A stretch of 54,102 nucleotides of DNA from positions 1-54,102 of the forward strand of contig DATGZA010000060.1 in assembly GCA_035297365.1 (NCBI GenBank), given 5' to 3'. Below, one piece after another: positions 21,396-32,066 of the stretch. How positions within the stretch are numbered: position 1 is the first letter of the stretch; each line of letters begins with the position of its first letter. This DNA comes from Nitrososphaeraceae archaeon. Its GTDB lineage: Archaea > Thermoproteota > Nitrososphaeria > Nitrososphaerales > Nitrososphaeraceae. The position numbers were made by a program, and so were the translations under genes. The notes under the pieces were generated by a model, which searched no databases, was not told the origin of the DNA, and worked only from the letters and a program-made list of their open reading frames with translations.

Positions 21396-22499
21396 ATGAT
21401 AAAATTTACAAAATCATCGATCTTTTTCCTTCTCTTAATCTTTGTGCCTGTTGCCATTATATTAGATTCGCTACATGCAAATCACATTATCTTATTTATT
21501 ATTGCAGTAATAGCATTATTACCACTTGCAAAGTTAATAGGAGATTCTACCGAACATCTTTCTACTCATTACGGTTCTACTCTAGGTTCTCTACTAAATG
21601 TAACATTTGGAAATGCTGCGGAAATAATAATTGCGGTAGTAGCTATTAATGCTGGTTTATTAGATCTAGTAAAGGCATCAATAACTGGAGCCATCCTTGG
21701 AAATATAATGTTAATTTTCGGTTTGAGTATGATTGCTGGAGGTATTAGAAGAAAGGAACAACTTTTCAGTATACAAAATGCAGGACTTCAGTCAACTATG
21801 ATCTTCTTGGCAATAATAGGATTAGCAATTCCAACTGTTCTATCCAGTACTGTACTCAAACCTGTCGATATTGAGAATCAAATTAAAATTGAATTTTTGA
21901 GTGATGCTCTGGCATTTTTGCTATTAGGTGTCTATATCGCAGGAATAATATTTACATTTGTTACGCATAAATATTTATTTGTGTCTCCTCAGTTAGAAGA
22001 AGAAAATGAAACTTATAGTGATCACAAGAATGCAAAACACTGGAGTAAGAAAAAGGCTTTTTTGATGTTAGCGGTAAGTATGATAGGGGTAGTTGTGATA
22101 AGTGAAATTTTAGTGGGATCGGTAGAAGAAACCAGCAAAGAATTTGGTTTTGGGGAATTATTTGTAGGAGCTATCATAGTTGGAATAGTTGGAAATGCAG
22201 CAGAACATAGTAGTGCTATTATTCTTGCAAGAAAAGGAAAGATTGATCTATCGATAGGAATAGCAGCTGGATCTGGAACTCAAATAGCTTTATTTGTAGT
22301 ACCTGTTTTGGTAATATTTGGAATAATGACGAACCAACCTTTTACACTTGAATTTACGATTTATGAATTAGTCACTTTATTTCTTGCTGCCATTATTCTT
22401 AATCTAATTGCACACGATGGAAAAAGTAATTGGTTTGAGGGAGTAATGCTAACTGCGGTGTATGTCATTATTGCAATGGGATTCTACTTCATAGGATAA
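21396..22499 (+). CDS. cax: Calcium/proton exchanger
   Basis: Alpha repeats TFGNAAE and VGNAAEH; GSGTQIALFV; GKSNWFEG. Confidence 0.92.
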   Translation: MIKFTKSSIFFLLLIFVPVAIILDSLHANHIILFIIAVIALLPLAKLIGDSTEHLSTHYGSTLGSLLNVTFGNAAEIIIAVVAINAGLLDLVKASITGAILGNIMLIFGLSMIAGGIRRKEQLFSIQNAGLQSTMIFLAIIGLAIPTVLSSTVLKPVDIENQIKIEFLSDALAFLLLGVYIAGIIFTFVTHKYLFVSPQLEEENETYSDHKNAKHWSKKKAFLMLAVSMIGVVVISEILVGSVEETSKEFGFGELFVGAIIVGIVGNAAEHSSAIILARKGKIDLSIGIAAGSGTQIALFVVPVLVIFGIMTNQPFTLEFTIYELVTLFLAAIILNLIAHDGKSNWFEGVMLTAVYVIIAMGFYFIG

Positions 22500-23042
22500 T
22501 TATTATTTAAAATCGTTGTAATATCTATTACTATTAATTGTGTAAAAATTTCATACATTGAATATATTTATTTTTATTACTTGATTACATGAATGTTGAT
22601 AATATATCAAAAGACCTATACTTCTTAACTTAAATTTGTCTAATAGTTTTTCTTATTCTATAAACATTCTAAGGATTTGAAATAAAATCTTCATCATTAG
22701 ACTAATCTCGTACTCGAATTATTTTATATTATCTTAAATATGACCAAAATTTGATAGGTTTGATCATAACATACTTGTGCATGGTGTGAATTTATGTTAG
22801 ATAGTGTGTTTAGGACGAATTTGATGAATGATAAGAACTAGTATTTTTTTAAAGTTTAGGATGTGTGTTATGGAATTGATATATTAAAAATTTACAATCC
22901 TGGAAATATATATTATTGCGTTTAATTGCTTGTATATGTATTTCAAGATTTAAAATGTAATATTTTTGTATATTTATATAGATTTTGAGAAAAGGCATTC
23001 CATTTACTGGAACTGTATTTTAAACATAGACTTTTAAATATA

Positions 23043-23180
23043 TGCTATTTGTTGCAACCATGAAAATCAATACTATGTTCTGAATTTTTTACGGGAACAA
23101 ATTAATAAAATGGATATCTTATATGAGTGTGACCTTCTAGAAGCTATAGAAAGAAATGATCATATAGCTCAACTAAAGCA
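23043..23180. mobile_element. Degenerate MITE-like element, copy 1
   Basis: Internal similarity to 33229-33369 (ATGAAAATCAATA, CGGGAACAAATT.ATAAAAT); imperfect inverted ends TGCTATTTGTTGCA / CAACTAAAGCA. Confidence 0.6.
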
Positions 23181-23227
23181 TTGTTGAATCTGGGCTAGGC
23201 AAAGCATTTTATTATGCCTTCTTAAAG

Positions 23228-23785
23228 TTGACGAATATGAGTAATACTTATTTAAGAATTGCCCAAATTATACTTGGAATTATTGCTATAGGGTTATCTC
23301 TCTATGTGATTTTTAATCCTGCTCTTGCATTGGCATATATGATAACAATCCTGTCTATCATTTTGATTATTACAGGTATAGAACGGATTGTTCATGGTTT
23401 AAGCTCCTCTGAGTCAGCTTCGAAAACTTCAAAGATGGGAAATATTATTCTAGGAATTATTGCAATTGGATTTGGAATTCTTGTTGCTACGTATCCTGGA
23501 TTTACCACTGGCTTTTTACTAACATTAATGGCATTAGGACTTTTATTCATAGGAGTGGCTAGAGTCATCACTGGATTATCTCAAAAGGAGACAGCAAAAT
23601 GGTTGAGAATATTTCTCATAATTTCTGGAAGCTTCGCAATCGTAGCTTCTATAACAGTATTTGCAGTACCTCTGATAGGAGTTATATTTTTAGCTTTGAT
23701 AATATCAATCAGCTTACTGGTGATAGGAATAGATAGTATAACACAGGGAATCTCTGGAAAAAAAATAAGACTGACAAAAAAATAG
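23228..23785 (+). CDS. HdeD/DUF308 membrane protein
   Basis: Three helix-pair repeats of the ILGIIAI..G...P type; six TM segments. Confidence 0.8.
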   Translation: MTNMSNTYLRIAQIILGIIAIGLSLYVIFNPALALAYMITILSIILIITGIERIVHGLSSSESASKTSKMGNIILGIIAIGFGILVATYPGFTTGFLLTLMALGLLFIGVARVITGLSQKETAKWLRIFLIISGSFAIVASITVFAVPLIGVIFLALIISISLLVIGIDSITQGISGKKIRLTKK

Positions 23786-24288
23786 GAAAATCTTTTCCCT
23801 TTTTTAAAATAGATAAAAAATCCAAAAATTATTGCTGTTATCTTATATATTGTATGTAGACCATTGGAAAATCATATAAGTACTACAACCAGATATGCAC
23901 TAGATAATTATTCTACAAAGATTTTTCTGACTAAAAATATTTAATTAGTTCACTCATAAAGTGTCAAAAAAATAGTAGTTTTCCAGATCGTTTTAAAATC
24001 CCCATTATAATTAAAATTTAGAATTTTTAGCAATTAATTCTAATACAATTATCAAATTGTATGAGGCTGGTAGTAAATCATTGAATATATATCCTTAAAA
24101 ACATATTAAAATTTCAACAGAATATCTGAATCATAATGTCTTATAATAATAAAATGATCCATTCTAATTATAATTGGATAGACAATAATACGCGTTGAAA
24201 AGATCATTTCAGTGGATTCATGGATATTTGTTATAAATTATTGCTCAAGAAATAATAGACCCGCCAACTTTTAAAAAACTAGTATTAA

Positions 24289-24915
24289 TTGGACTTCCTA
24301 AATGAACTATTCTTGTCTTCAGAAAATTCATATCTATTAGTTTTTGCAATTATATTTGTTATAAGTATCATACCAATTCTCACTCCCCCAACGTGGGCAG
24401 TAGTGGTTATGTCTTATACTTTAAATCCTGCTTTGGACGCTGTTCTTCTTTCAGTAATTGGTGCATCAGCTGCTACAATAGGAAGATTTTTACTGATGAG
24501 ATTTTCTTCTATAGGAAGAAAAGTAATAAATGACGAACGTAAATCTAGTCTGGACAAACTAAAAGATTATTTGGAAAGAAAAAGATATGGATATTTTTTA
24601 GGAACTATGCTTTTTGCCTTATTACCATTGCCAAGCAACATGCTCTTTGTTTCTTACGGACTTATGAAAGTTAGATCATTACAGATAATAGCAGGTTTCT
24701 GGATTGGAAGATTCTCGGTATATCTTCTAATGATTTATTTATCAAAAAATATTTTAGTTTCAATTACAGATGAAATAGATCTGAGCTTTGCTTCCGTAAT
24801 ATGGATAGATGTTGCAGGTATAATTATGACTATCCTAATATTATTAATTGATTGGAATAAATTAATTTTCGAAAAAAAAATTGGATTTATTAAACCAAGA
24901 AGATTTATCTTTTAG
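24289..24915 (+). CDS. Membrane protein (DedA/VTT-like)
   Basis: PILTPPTW, GASAATIGR, ALLPLPS, GFWIGR. Confidence 0.65.
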   Translation: MDFLNELFLSSENSYLLVFAIIFVISIIPILTPPTWAVVVMSYTLNPALDAVLLSVIGASAATIGRFLLMRFSSIGRKVINDERKSSLDKLKDYLERKRYGYFLGTMLFALLPLPSNMLFVSYGLMKVRSLQIIAGFWIGRFSVYLLMIYLSKNILVSITDEIDLSFASVIWIDVAGIIMTILILLIDWNKLIFEKKIGFIKPRRFIF

Positions 24916-24916
24916 A

Positions 24917-26029
24917 TTATGAAATCCTAACACCGGTATCGGCATTGAAGAGGAGAATATCCACATACTTGGTTTCCAAAATGAGTTTGGTCCCATTTTT
25001 AAGAGAAGAATCTACAGATAAATTACTTACATGAATGATATTATTATTTTCAAGTTTAAATTCATATATTGTTTCATCTCCTAGCATTTCCACAAAGCAA
25101 AGTTCTCCTTTGAAATGCATAGAATTAGAATCACTATAATCAGCTAAAAATATATCTTTTGGTCTGATACCAAGAGATATCTTTTTTATAGATTTTCCAA
25201 AAGACGAAAGTACATCATACCATATCTTAGGAACGTTTATCGACATGTTCCCAGATTTCAAGGAAATTAGTTGACCATCTTCCTTTCTTATTATCTCAAA
25301 ATTCAATATATTTATTTGAGGATTTCCTATAAAATTTGCAACAAAAATATTCTGTGGCTTTTTATAAACTTCTTCTGGAGTACCTACCTGTTGAATTATC
25401 CCCTCATTTAAGATGACTATTTTGTCCGCCATACCCATTGCTTCAGTCTGATCATGAGTAATGTATATTGTAGTAACGCCGACACGTTTTTGAAGTTTTT
25501 TTATTTCCGATCTCATTTGTATCCTCAGTTTTGAATCTAGATTGCTTAGAGGTTCGTCCAACAAAAATAGTTTAGGTTCTCTCACTAACGCTCTTCCTAA
25601 TGCCACCCTCTGCATTTGTCCTCCACTTAATTCTCGCGGTTTTCTTTTTAATAACTCTGAAATGCCCAGCATTTGAGAGATTTTTAATACTTTATCTTTA
25701 ACTTCTTCTTTAGATAATTTTCTCATTTTCAGAGGAAATGCGATGTTGTCGTAGACTGTCATATGAGGATATAGTGCATAATTCTGGAAAACTACAGCAA
25801 CATCTCGATCTTTTGGAGGAATTCCATTCACCAATTTGTCGTCTATAAATATTTGTCCATCAGTAGGGTCTATTAGTCCAGATATACACCGTATAATTGT
25901 TGTTTTCCCACATCCGGAAGGACCCAATAATACTAAGAATTCACCATCTGCTATTTGGATTGAAAAATTTTCAATTGCTGTAAAGTTCCCGTATTTCTTG
26001 CTTAATCCCGTTACCCTGACCCTTGACAG
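24917..26029 (-). CDS. Sugar-type ABC transporter ATPase (MalK/UgpC-like); start extended to a CTG
   Basis: GPSGCGKT, VFQNYALYPHMTV, LSGGQMQRVALGRA, LLDEPLSNLD, YITHDQ. The frame continues 34 codons upstream of the track start (SRVRVTGLSKKYGNFTAI...GEFLVL) to CTG at 26029. Confidence 0.9.
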   Translation of the reverse strand: MSRVRVTGLSKKYGNFTAIENFSIQIADGEFLVLLGPSGCGKTTIIRCISGLIDPTDGQIFIDDKLVNGIPPKDRDVAVVFQNYALYPHMTVYDNIAFPLKMRKLSKEEVKDKVLKISQMLGISELLKRKPRELSGGQMQRVALGRALVREPKLFLLDEPLSNLDSKLRIQMRSEIKKLQKRVGVTTIYITHDQTEAMGMADKIVILNEGIIQQVGTPEEVYKKPQNIFVANFIGNPQINILNFEIIRKEDGQLISLKSGNMSINVPKIWYDVLSSFGKSIKKISLGIRPKDIFLADYSDSNSMHFKGELCFVEMLGDETIYEFKLENNNIIHVSNLSVDSSLKNGTKLILETKYVDILLFNADTGVRIS

Positions 26030-26153
26030 ATAATATCAAGTTATCTACACTTTCCATATTATTTAATTTTAGCCATTTTAATTATCTTATCTGATCATTT
26101 ATAGATCATAATAGCCTATAGATAACCTTAAAAAATATCGTCTTGTTTATTGT

Positions 26154-27518
26154 TTGATGTTTAGCAGTAATGAAACTCATATTATAAAATTTCTTCAACC
26201 GAAAAATATAGCAATTTTATTAATCATACCACTTTCACTATTTTGTAGTATTACTGTCTTCAATGCAGTAATGATAATTAATTCTTATAGTCAGGAAGAG
26301 ACCATTAAACTAACTGCCATTTTTGCTGAACCGAAAGAAAGATGGGATATACTCGTTGAAAAGGCTCTAGAGAAATTAAACGAAATACATCCTGACAAAA
26401 AAATACAAATTGAATACAGTGTTCTGCCATATTCAGATACAAGAACACAAATTCTTACGGCTATGGCTGGCAAGTCAGAATTGGATCTTGTTTCACTTGA
26501 TCAGATTTGGCTGGGTGAATTTGCCGAGGCAGGATTTCTAACGGATATAACTGAAAAGACAAAAGTATGGAACAAGTCTTCAGACTGGTACGAAAATAAC
26601 TGGCTCGGAGGCATATATAATGATAAAGTATATGGAATATGGGCATGGACAGATGTCAGAGCACTATGGTATTGGAAAGACCTATTGAATCAGTCTGGAT
26701 TATCACCTGAAAAACTAAAAACATGGGATGGATATCTACAAGGATTTAAAATATTGTCAGAAAAACTAACTGATAAGAATATTCAACCAATACATCTGAC
26801 CAGTGCAAATCATGTACCTGATATGTGGTATCCGTATTTATGGATGCTTGATGGTAACATATTAGAATTAAGAGATGGTCATCCATCAAAAGGAAAGTAC
26901 TGGTTTCCAACATACAATAGTAAACAGGGTCTATTGGCACTTGAATTTTTAAGGGATCAAATTAACGCCGGCATTAAACCTCAAATAAACCATTTTTGGG
27001 GTCAAGAGTTTGCAGATAAAAAATTTGCTGTAATGTTAGAAGGATCTTGGATTCTAGGTCATTTCCCAAAAGAAGAATGGAAGAATCTGAAAGAGAAAAT
27101 AGGTTTGATAACAATGTTTCCTGTTCCTAATAATACCACTAAAACATCTACCATGATGGGAGGATGGCTATTTAGCATTCCTGAAACTTCCAAACATAAA
27201 GACCTTACATGGGAATTAATCACTATTATGTTAGATCCTGAGGTCCTTATGCCTATGCTTTTGAAACAAGGTTATCTACCTACGCAGAAGAGCATTGCAG
27301 AAGGAAATTACTCGAAGGAAATGAAATCTACTATTCCGTATTATGAAGAACTGATTTCACTTATTCCTTATGCCAAAGGTAGACCAAACATTCCTGAATA
27401 TCCTCAAATTGCAGATCACATACGCACAGCAATTGAGGAAGTCTATCAAGGGGCCGATCCGAAACAGTCTCTTGATAAGGCAGTAGAAGATTCAATGAAA
27501 GTGCTTGGATGGAAGTAG
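26154..27518 (+). CDS. Sugar-type ABC transporter substrate-binding protein
   Basis: N-terminal anchor; DLVSLDQIWLGEFAEAGFL, YNDKVYG, F...KFAVMLEGSW, MGGW, GYLPT. Confidence 0.88.
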   Translation: MMFSSNETHIIKFLQPKNIAILLIIPLSLFCSITVFNAVMIINSYSQEETIKLTAIFAEPKERWDILVEKALEKLNEIHPDKKIQIEYSVLPYSDTRTQILTAMAGKSELDLVSLDQIWLGEFAEAGFLTDITEKTKVWNKSSDWYENNWLGGIYNDKVYGIWAWTDVRALWYWKDLLNQSGLSPEKLKTWDGYLQGFKILSEKLTDKNIQPIHLTSANHVPDMWYPYLWMLDGNILELRDGHPSKGKYWFPTYNSKQGLLALEFLRDQINAGIKPQINHFWGQEFADKKFAVMLEGSWILGHFPKEEWKNLKEKIGLITMFPVPNNTTKTSTMMGGWLFSIPETSKHKDLTWELITIMLDPEVLMPMLLKQGYLPTQKSIAEGNYSKEMKSTIPYYEELISLIPYAKGRPNIPEYPQIADHIRTAIEEVYQGADPKQSLDKAVEDSMKVLGWK

Positions 27519-27603
27519 TGAAAACGAAATTCAAATTAAAATAAAAAGTAATATTAAACTAACATCCATAATTTTTAAATATTTTTGAAATACGACATTC
27601 GAA

Positions 27604-28482
27604 ATGCCAAGTAACAGAGCAATCATTGAACCATATTTATATCTGCTTCCAAGCTTACTAATTCTAGTAGTATTCTTATTGTTTCCTCTAGTCTGGAATA
27701 TTTATGTATCAGTTCATAATGTGTCTATTTTGACCATTTTAAAAGATTGGGAATTTGTTGGATTGAAAAATTTTATTGACCTTCTAACAGAACCTAAATT
27801 TTATGAATCTTTAAAATTAACTTTATTTTTTGCTGGTGGGTCGGTTCTCGCTCAGTTTACCATAGGACTTGTTCTATCTATTTTACTCAATCAAAAAATA
27901 CAAGGAACTAATATCTTCAGAATGTTGTTAATAATTCCATGGAGTGTTTCAACCGTAATAACTGCATTCTCTTTTAAATTCATGTATGATGATAATTTTG
28001 GAATTCTGAATTATCTATTGAAGCAGATGGGATTGGACTCTGTTGGATGGCTTTCCGATCCAAATATCGCCATTTGGTCTATAGTTTTAACAAATATTTG
28101 GTACGGTACTCCTTTCACGATTTTGTTTTTGACTGCAGGTCTTCAATCAATTAACCCTCTTCTTTATGAAGCTGCACTAATAGATGGAGCAACAAAGATA
28201 AAGAGGTTTTTTTTCATAACGATCCCACTTTTAAGACAATTTATGGTTACAAATCTTATTCTTATAACAGTATGGAGTATAAATTTCTTTGATTTACAGC
28301 TTATCATGACTGGAGGAGGTCCGTTGTTTTCGACTACCACGATCTCGCTATACATGTACAGACAGGCTTTTGAATTTGGTTCATTCTCGGGTGGAGCAAC
28401 TATCGGCATTTTTTTGATAATTATGAATCTACTTCTAACTTTGACTTACATAAAAATTTTTAATAGGAGAAGCAAGTTATGA
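27604..28482 (+). CDS. Carbohydrate ABC transporter permease (MalF-like)
   Basis: FVGLKNF, AGLQSI..LYEAALIDGA (EAA motif), MTGGGP. Confidence 0.9.
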   Translation: MPSNRAIIEPYLYLLPSLLILVVFLLFPLVWNIYVSVHNVSILTILKDWEFVGLKNFIDLLTEPKFYESLKLTLFFAGGSVLAQFTIGLVLSILLNQKIQGTNIFRMLLIIPWSVSTVITAFSFKFMYDDNFGILNYLLKQMGLDSVGWLSDPNIAIWSIVLTNIWYGTPFTILFLTAGLQSINPLLYEAALIDGATKIKRFFFITIPLLRQFMVTNLILITVWSINFFDLQLIMTGGGPLFSTTTISLYMYRQAFEFGSFSGGATIGIFLIIMNLLLTLTYIKIFNRRSKL

Positions 28483-29333
28483 AAAACAATTCTGGAAAAA
28501 AAACAAAATTAGTCTTGACTGATAAATGGCTTATTTATTCCATCATATTCATTTACATCTTTATAACTTTGGTTCCTCTTATGTGGATATTCTCTACCTC
28601 TTTAAAATCTAATGATGTGGCTGTCTCTCTTCCTCCAAAGATTTTCCCTTCTGATCCAACCATAGAAAACTATGTTTTTGTAATTACAGAACCGCGTCTA
28701 CTTCATAGTTTGATAAATAGCCTACTTGTTAGTTTAGGCAGTACTGGACTAAGCGTGCTAATAAGTGCCTTAGGAGGATATGCTTTTGCTAGGTTCAAAT
28801 TTAGAGGAAAGGACATACTTTTAAGTATAGTCCTTGGTCTTTTTATGATCCCTATCATCATAAATATAATTCCTTTATATCTTATGTTATCACAAGTAGG
28901 ATTACTAAACTCTATATTTACACTTATGATTACTTTTCAGATTTTGATTATCCCTCTAAACATCTTTCTTTTGAAAAACTATTTTGAAACTATACCACAT
29001 GAGCTAGAAGAGGCTGCCCTCGTAGACGGATGCTCCAGGTTTGGAATACTGAGAAGAATAATCATACCATTATCTACACCAGGACTTGCTATTGCATCAG
29101 TTTTAGCTTTTAGATTTTCTTGGAACGAATTTCTTCTTCCAATAGTTTTATCAAATAGACCTGATTCACTAGTTTTTCAGGTGGCATTATATCAATTTAT
29201 TTCTATTTACAGAATAGAATGGGGTTATTTGACTGCTGGAATCAACATAGCATTGATACCGATTGTCGTGTTGATGTTATTGTTTCAAAAACAACTCATC
29301 CAAGGTCTTACAGCAGGTTCATTGAAAGGATAG
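28479..29333 (+). CDS. Carbohydrate ABC transporter permease (MalG-like)
   Basis: YAFARFKFRGK, IPHELEEAALVDGC, SWNEFL, GLTAGSLKG; ATGA overlap with the previous gene. Confidence 0.9.
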   Translation: MKNNSGKKTKLVLTDKWLIYSIIFIYIFITLVPLMWIFSTSLKSNDVAVSLPPKIFPSDPTIENYVFVITEPRLLHSLINSLLVSLGSTGLSVLISALGGYAFARFKFRGKDILLSIVLGLFMIPIIINIIPLYLMLSQVGLLNSIFTLMITFQILIIPLNIFLLKNYFETIPHELEEAALVDGCSRFGILRRIIIPLSTPGLAIASVLAFRFSWNEFLLPIVLSNRPDSLVFQVALYQFISIYRIEWGYLTAGINIALIPIVVLMLLFQKQLIQGLTAGSLKG

Positions 29334-30006
29334 ACCAAAATCTCGTTATTGTCCTATTTGAGAAAAGGAAACGGAGGTAGCCAATATATTAAAACAAATG
29401 TTGGGAATATATGATTGACGATCGAAATAATAAAAAAACATTCATTTAGCAAAATTATGATTTCAAATAAATATCAAAGATAAAAAATACTGGTATTGAA
29501 TAATTGTAGCCTAATTAATATAAGGATAGTGATTAGATATTATGAGAATTTAAATTAGATTTAATCCATACTAAAAAATTTTTTCTTTTTATAAATTTTC
29601 AATCATGTAGTAATTACTATTGAAAGATATGAGACAACACAATTTTATATCGAGTTTTTAAAAATATAAAAAGATAAAATCTAATCCTTCAAAATGAAAA
29701 ATAAAATAAAAAAATATAATTTTACAAAGTTTATTATAATATTTGCTCTATTGCACAAATACAAAAAATATTAGTTCACATATTTATTCTGTTAATATTG
29801 TTATTTTAAATATTTTGCATAAAATAAGAAACAAATACGATCATTTTGTATTTAGCTTTATTGGAAATATGTATAACTAAATCTTAAATTAAGGAAAAAA
29901 GTTACTATAAATAATGATATAAGATTATTAAGATATTTTTTTTAGAATAATTTTAACATACCTATTTTAAATGGGAATGCAATTATTAAAATGTCGATAA
30001 AAATAA

Positions 30007-30609
30007 TTGATATCTGTGAAGTCATACCTTTTCATCATTTCATTAATAATATTGATAGGCATAGGTTATAATAATCTAGAAGCCCAAGAGGTAGTAGATA
30101 ACGAATCCCAAAATACCAATTTTCCTGGCATTGCTACTCCAACAGCCCATGTTGTAATAGAAGGAACGGATCTAGATGACAAACTTAAAGGTGGTTCGGG
30201 AGATGATACAATTGATGGTGGTAAAGGAGATGATACCCTGCATGGAAATGAAGGAGATGACAAGATAGACGGAGGTAAAGGGAATGATGTTCTAGAAGGT
30301 GGACCGGGTGACGATGAAATTAATGGTGACGCTGGAGAAGACGAGATTTACGGTGCAGAAGGAGATGACGAAATAGACGGAGGTAAAGGAGATGATATTC
30401 TAGAAGGTGGACTTGGAAAAGATCAGATGTCTGGCGGCGGAGGATCTGATAAATTTATATGTGATAAAAAAGACAAAATCAAAGATTTTAATTCTTTGGA
30501 ACATGACCGCATATCGGGTAATTGCAAATATGTGGATAAAGGAATAATAGTACCAAAAATACCCAAATATCCGAAAAATTCGTTCCTTGATAACTCCTTA
30601 TTTAGGTGA
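30007..30609 (+). CDS. Secreted RTX/hemolysin-type calcium-binding protein
   Basis: Signal peptide; about 10 GGxGxDxLx nonapeptides; C-terminal Cys pair. Confidence 0.88.
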   Translation: MISVKSYLFIISLIILIGIGYNNLEAQEVVDNESQNTNFPGIATPTAHVVIEGTDLDDKLKGGSGDDTIDGGKGDDTLHGNEGDDKIDGGKGNDVLEGGPGDDEINGDAGEDEIYGAEGDDEIDGGKGDDILEGGLGKDQMSGGGGSDKFICDKKDKIKDFNSLEHDRISGNCKYVDKGIIVPKIPKYPKNSFLDNSLFR

Positions 30610-30933
30610 TAACCATTATTTGATTGTCGATGTATATAAATGATTTATTTATACCTTATCTAGAATGATGACCTAAAATTATTGATGAATTTTTTTAATT
30701 CTTTTTTATTATTTGATATTTGGAATTTCATTTATAATTCCAAACAATTTACTATAATATAAGATTTGGATAAAATGCCTTCGCAGTCTCTCTTTTAAAT
30801 AGAATATGACAATATGAAAAAGATATAAAATAACATTTATTAATATAATACCGTAACGGAAATAAGAAAGCTTGCTAGAATCAATATTAAAAGATAGATC
30901 AATTTTTTAGTAATTCAGTATAATGACAGTATA

Positions 30934-31578
30934 GTGTTTATATTAAATCACATGTATTTTATAAGAGTGTATTTTATAACATGCATTATTTTATTTATAG
31001 TAACAATTAACGTAATTATCCCTTTAAGTGAAATAAGTGGTCAGGCTAATTCTACTACTATTATTGAAAATGAGGCTGTAAATTCAGTTAATACTTCTGA
31101 TTCCGGTTCTTATGGAACCATAAAGGTGGACGTCATAATTGAGGGAACTGTTAATAATGACAAGATCAGAGGGGGAGAAGGTAATGATGAGATATTGGGT
31201 GGTGGAGGAGATGATCTAATAAGTGGTAAGATGGGTAACGATCGATTAAAAGGTGACCAAGGATATGATACATTGAAGGGAGATGAAGGGGATGATGAAC
31301 TTGATGGTGGGCCAGGAAATGATGAACTTGATGGTGGGCCAGGAAATGATGAACTTACTGGTGGAGAAGGTGCTGATAAATATATTTGCGATAAGATGGA
31401 TAAAATAATTGGTTTTAATTCTGATGAAGGCGATACCAAGATAGGAGTATGCAAGGTTAAAGACAAAGGAGCCTTATCATCTTCATCTGATACTAAAAAT
31501 GAAGATAAAAAGTCAGATAAAGATAAGAGTAAGGACAATTCGAAAGATTCAAATGGTAAAATATTCCCAACTAGTTAG
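30934..31578 (+). CDS. Secreted RTX/hemolysin-type calcium-binding protein, paralogue of the previous gene
   Basis: Signal peptide; GGxGxD repeats; shares IEGT..DK and DK(F/Y)ICDK.DKI..FNS..D..I.G.C with the neighbour. Confidence 0.88.
   Translation: MFILNHMYFIRVYFITCIILFIVTINVIIPLSEISGQANSTTIIENEAVNSVNTSDSGSYGTIKVDVIIEGTVNNDKIRGGEGNDEILGGGGDDLISGKMGNDRLKGDQGYDTLKGDEGDDELDGGPGNDELDGGPGNDELTGGEGADKYICDKMDKIIGFNSDEGDTKIGVCKVKDKGALSSSSDTKNEDKKSDKDKSKDNSKDSNGKIFPTS
31294..31356. repeat. Perfect 27-bp tandem repeat (about 2.3 units) in the RTX gene
   Basis: GATGAACTTGATGGTGGGCCAGGAAAT at 31294 and 31321, partial at 31348. Confidence 0.9.
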
Positions 31579-32066
31579 ATCTTGTGTAATAACACAATCT
31601 TTAAGGTATCATGTTACTCATTCATGTAAGTCGTTATAGTGAAATGTTATTGTTATTCATGATTCTGTAATTCAAGATATTGTAAAATATTAGAAATGTC
31701 ACAATATCTTTTTGTTTGTTCCTAAATTTCATACAATTTATGCCACATTGCTTTATAATTTTTCAATATTCAAAATAAAAGACAATGATGTTTCAATCCT
31801 ATAATGTATAATAATACAAATTTGTTAAAGGATTATTGCAAGGAGTCTACCTTTTTTCCTGTAACGGCACGAGTCAACGGGAATGGTTTTAAATTGAGTG
31901 CTCATGGATAAATAATTCTGGCTTGACATATTTTAATGTCTAACCGCTAAAATGATAATTGTATTTTTAACGTTGTTAATTATATTATGTATTTACAAGG
32001 ATTTTTTCAATTTTCAGAGATGAGTACTTAATGAAAAATGAAAAATAAAAAAAAGTTAATGATAAA

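Noticed and set aside
21281-21649. 122-aa Cys-rich ORF overlapping cax, and similar nested ORFs in other long genes
   Set aside because: Alternative-frame overlaps of well-supported genes with no independent motifs.
31110-31538. Ser/Pro-rich 142-aa ORF (and 30066-30263)
   Set aside because: Reverse-strand reading of GGxGxD repeats.
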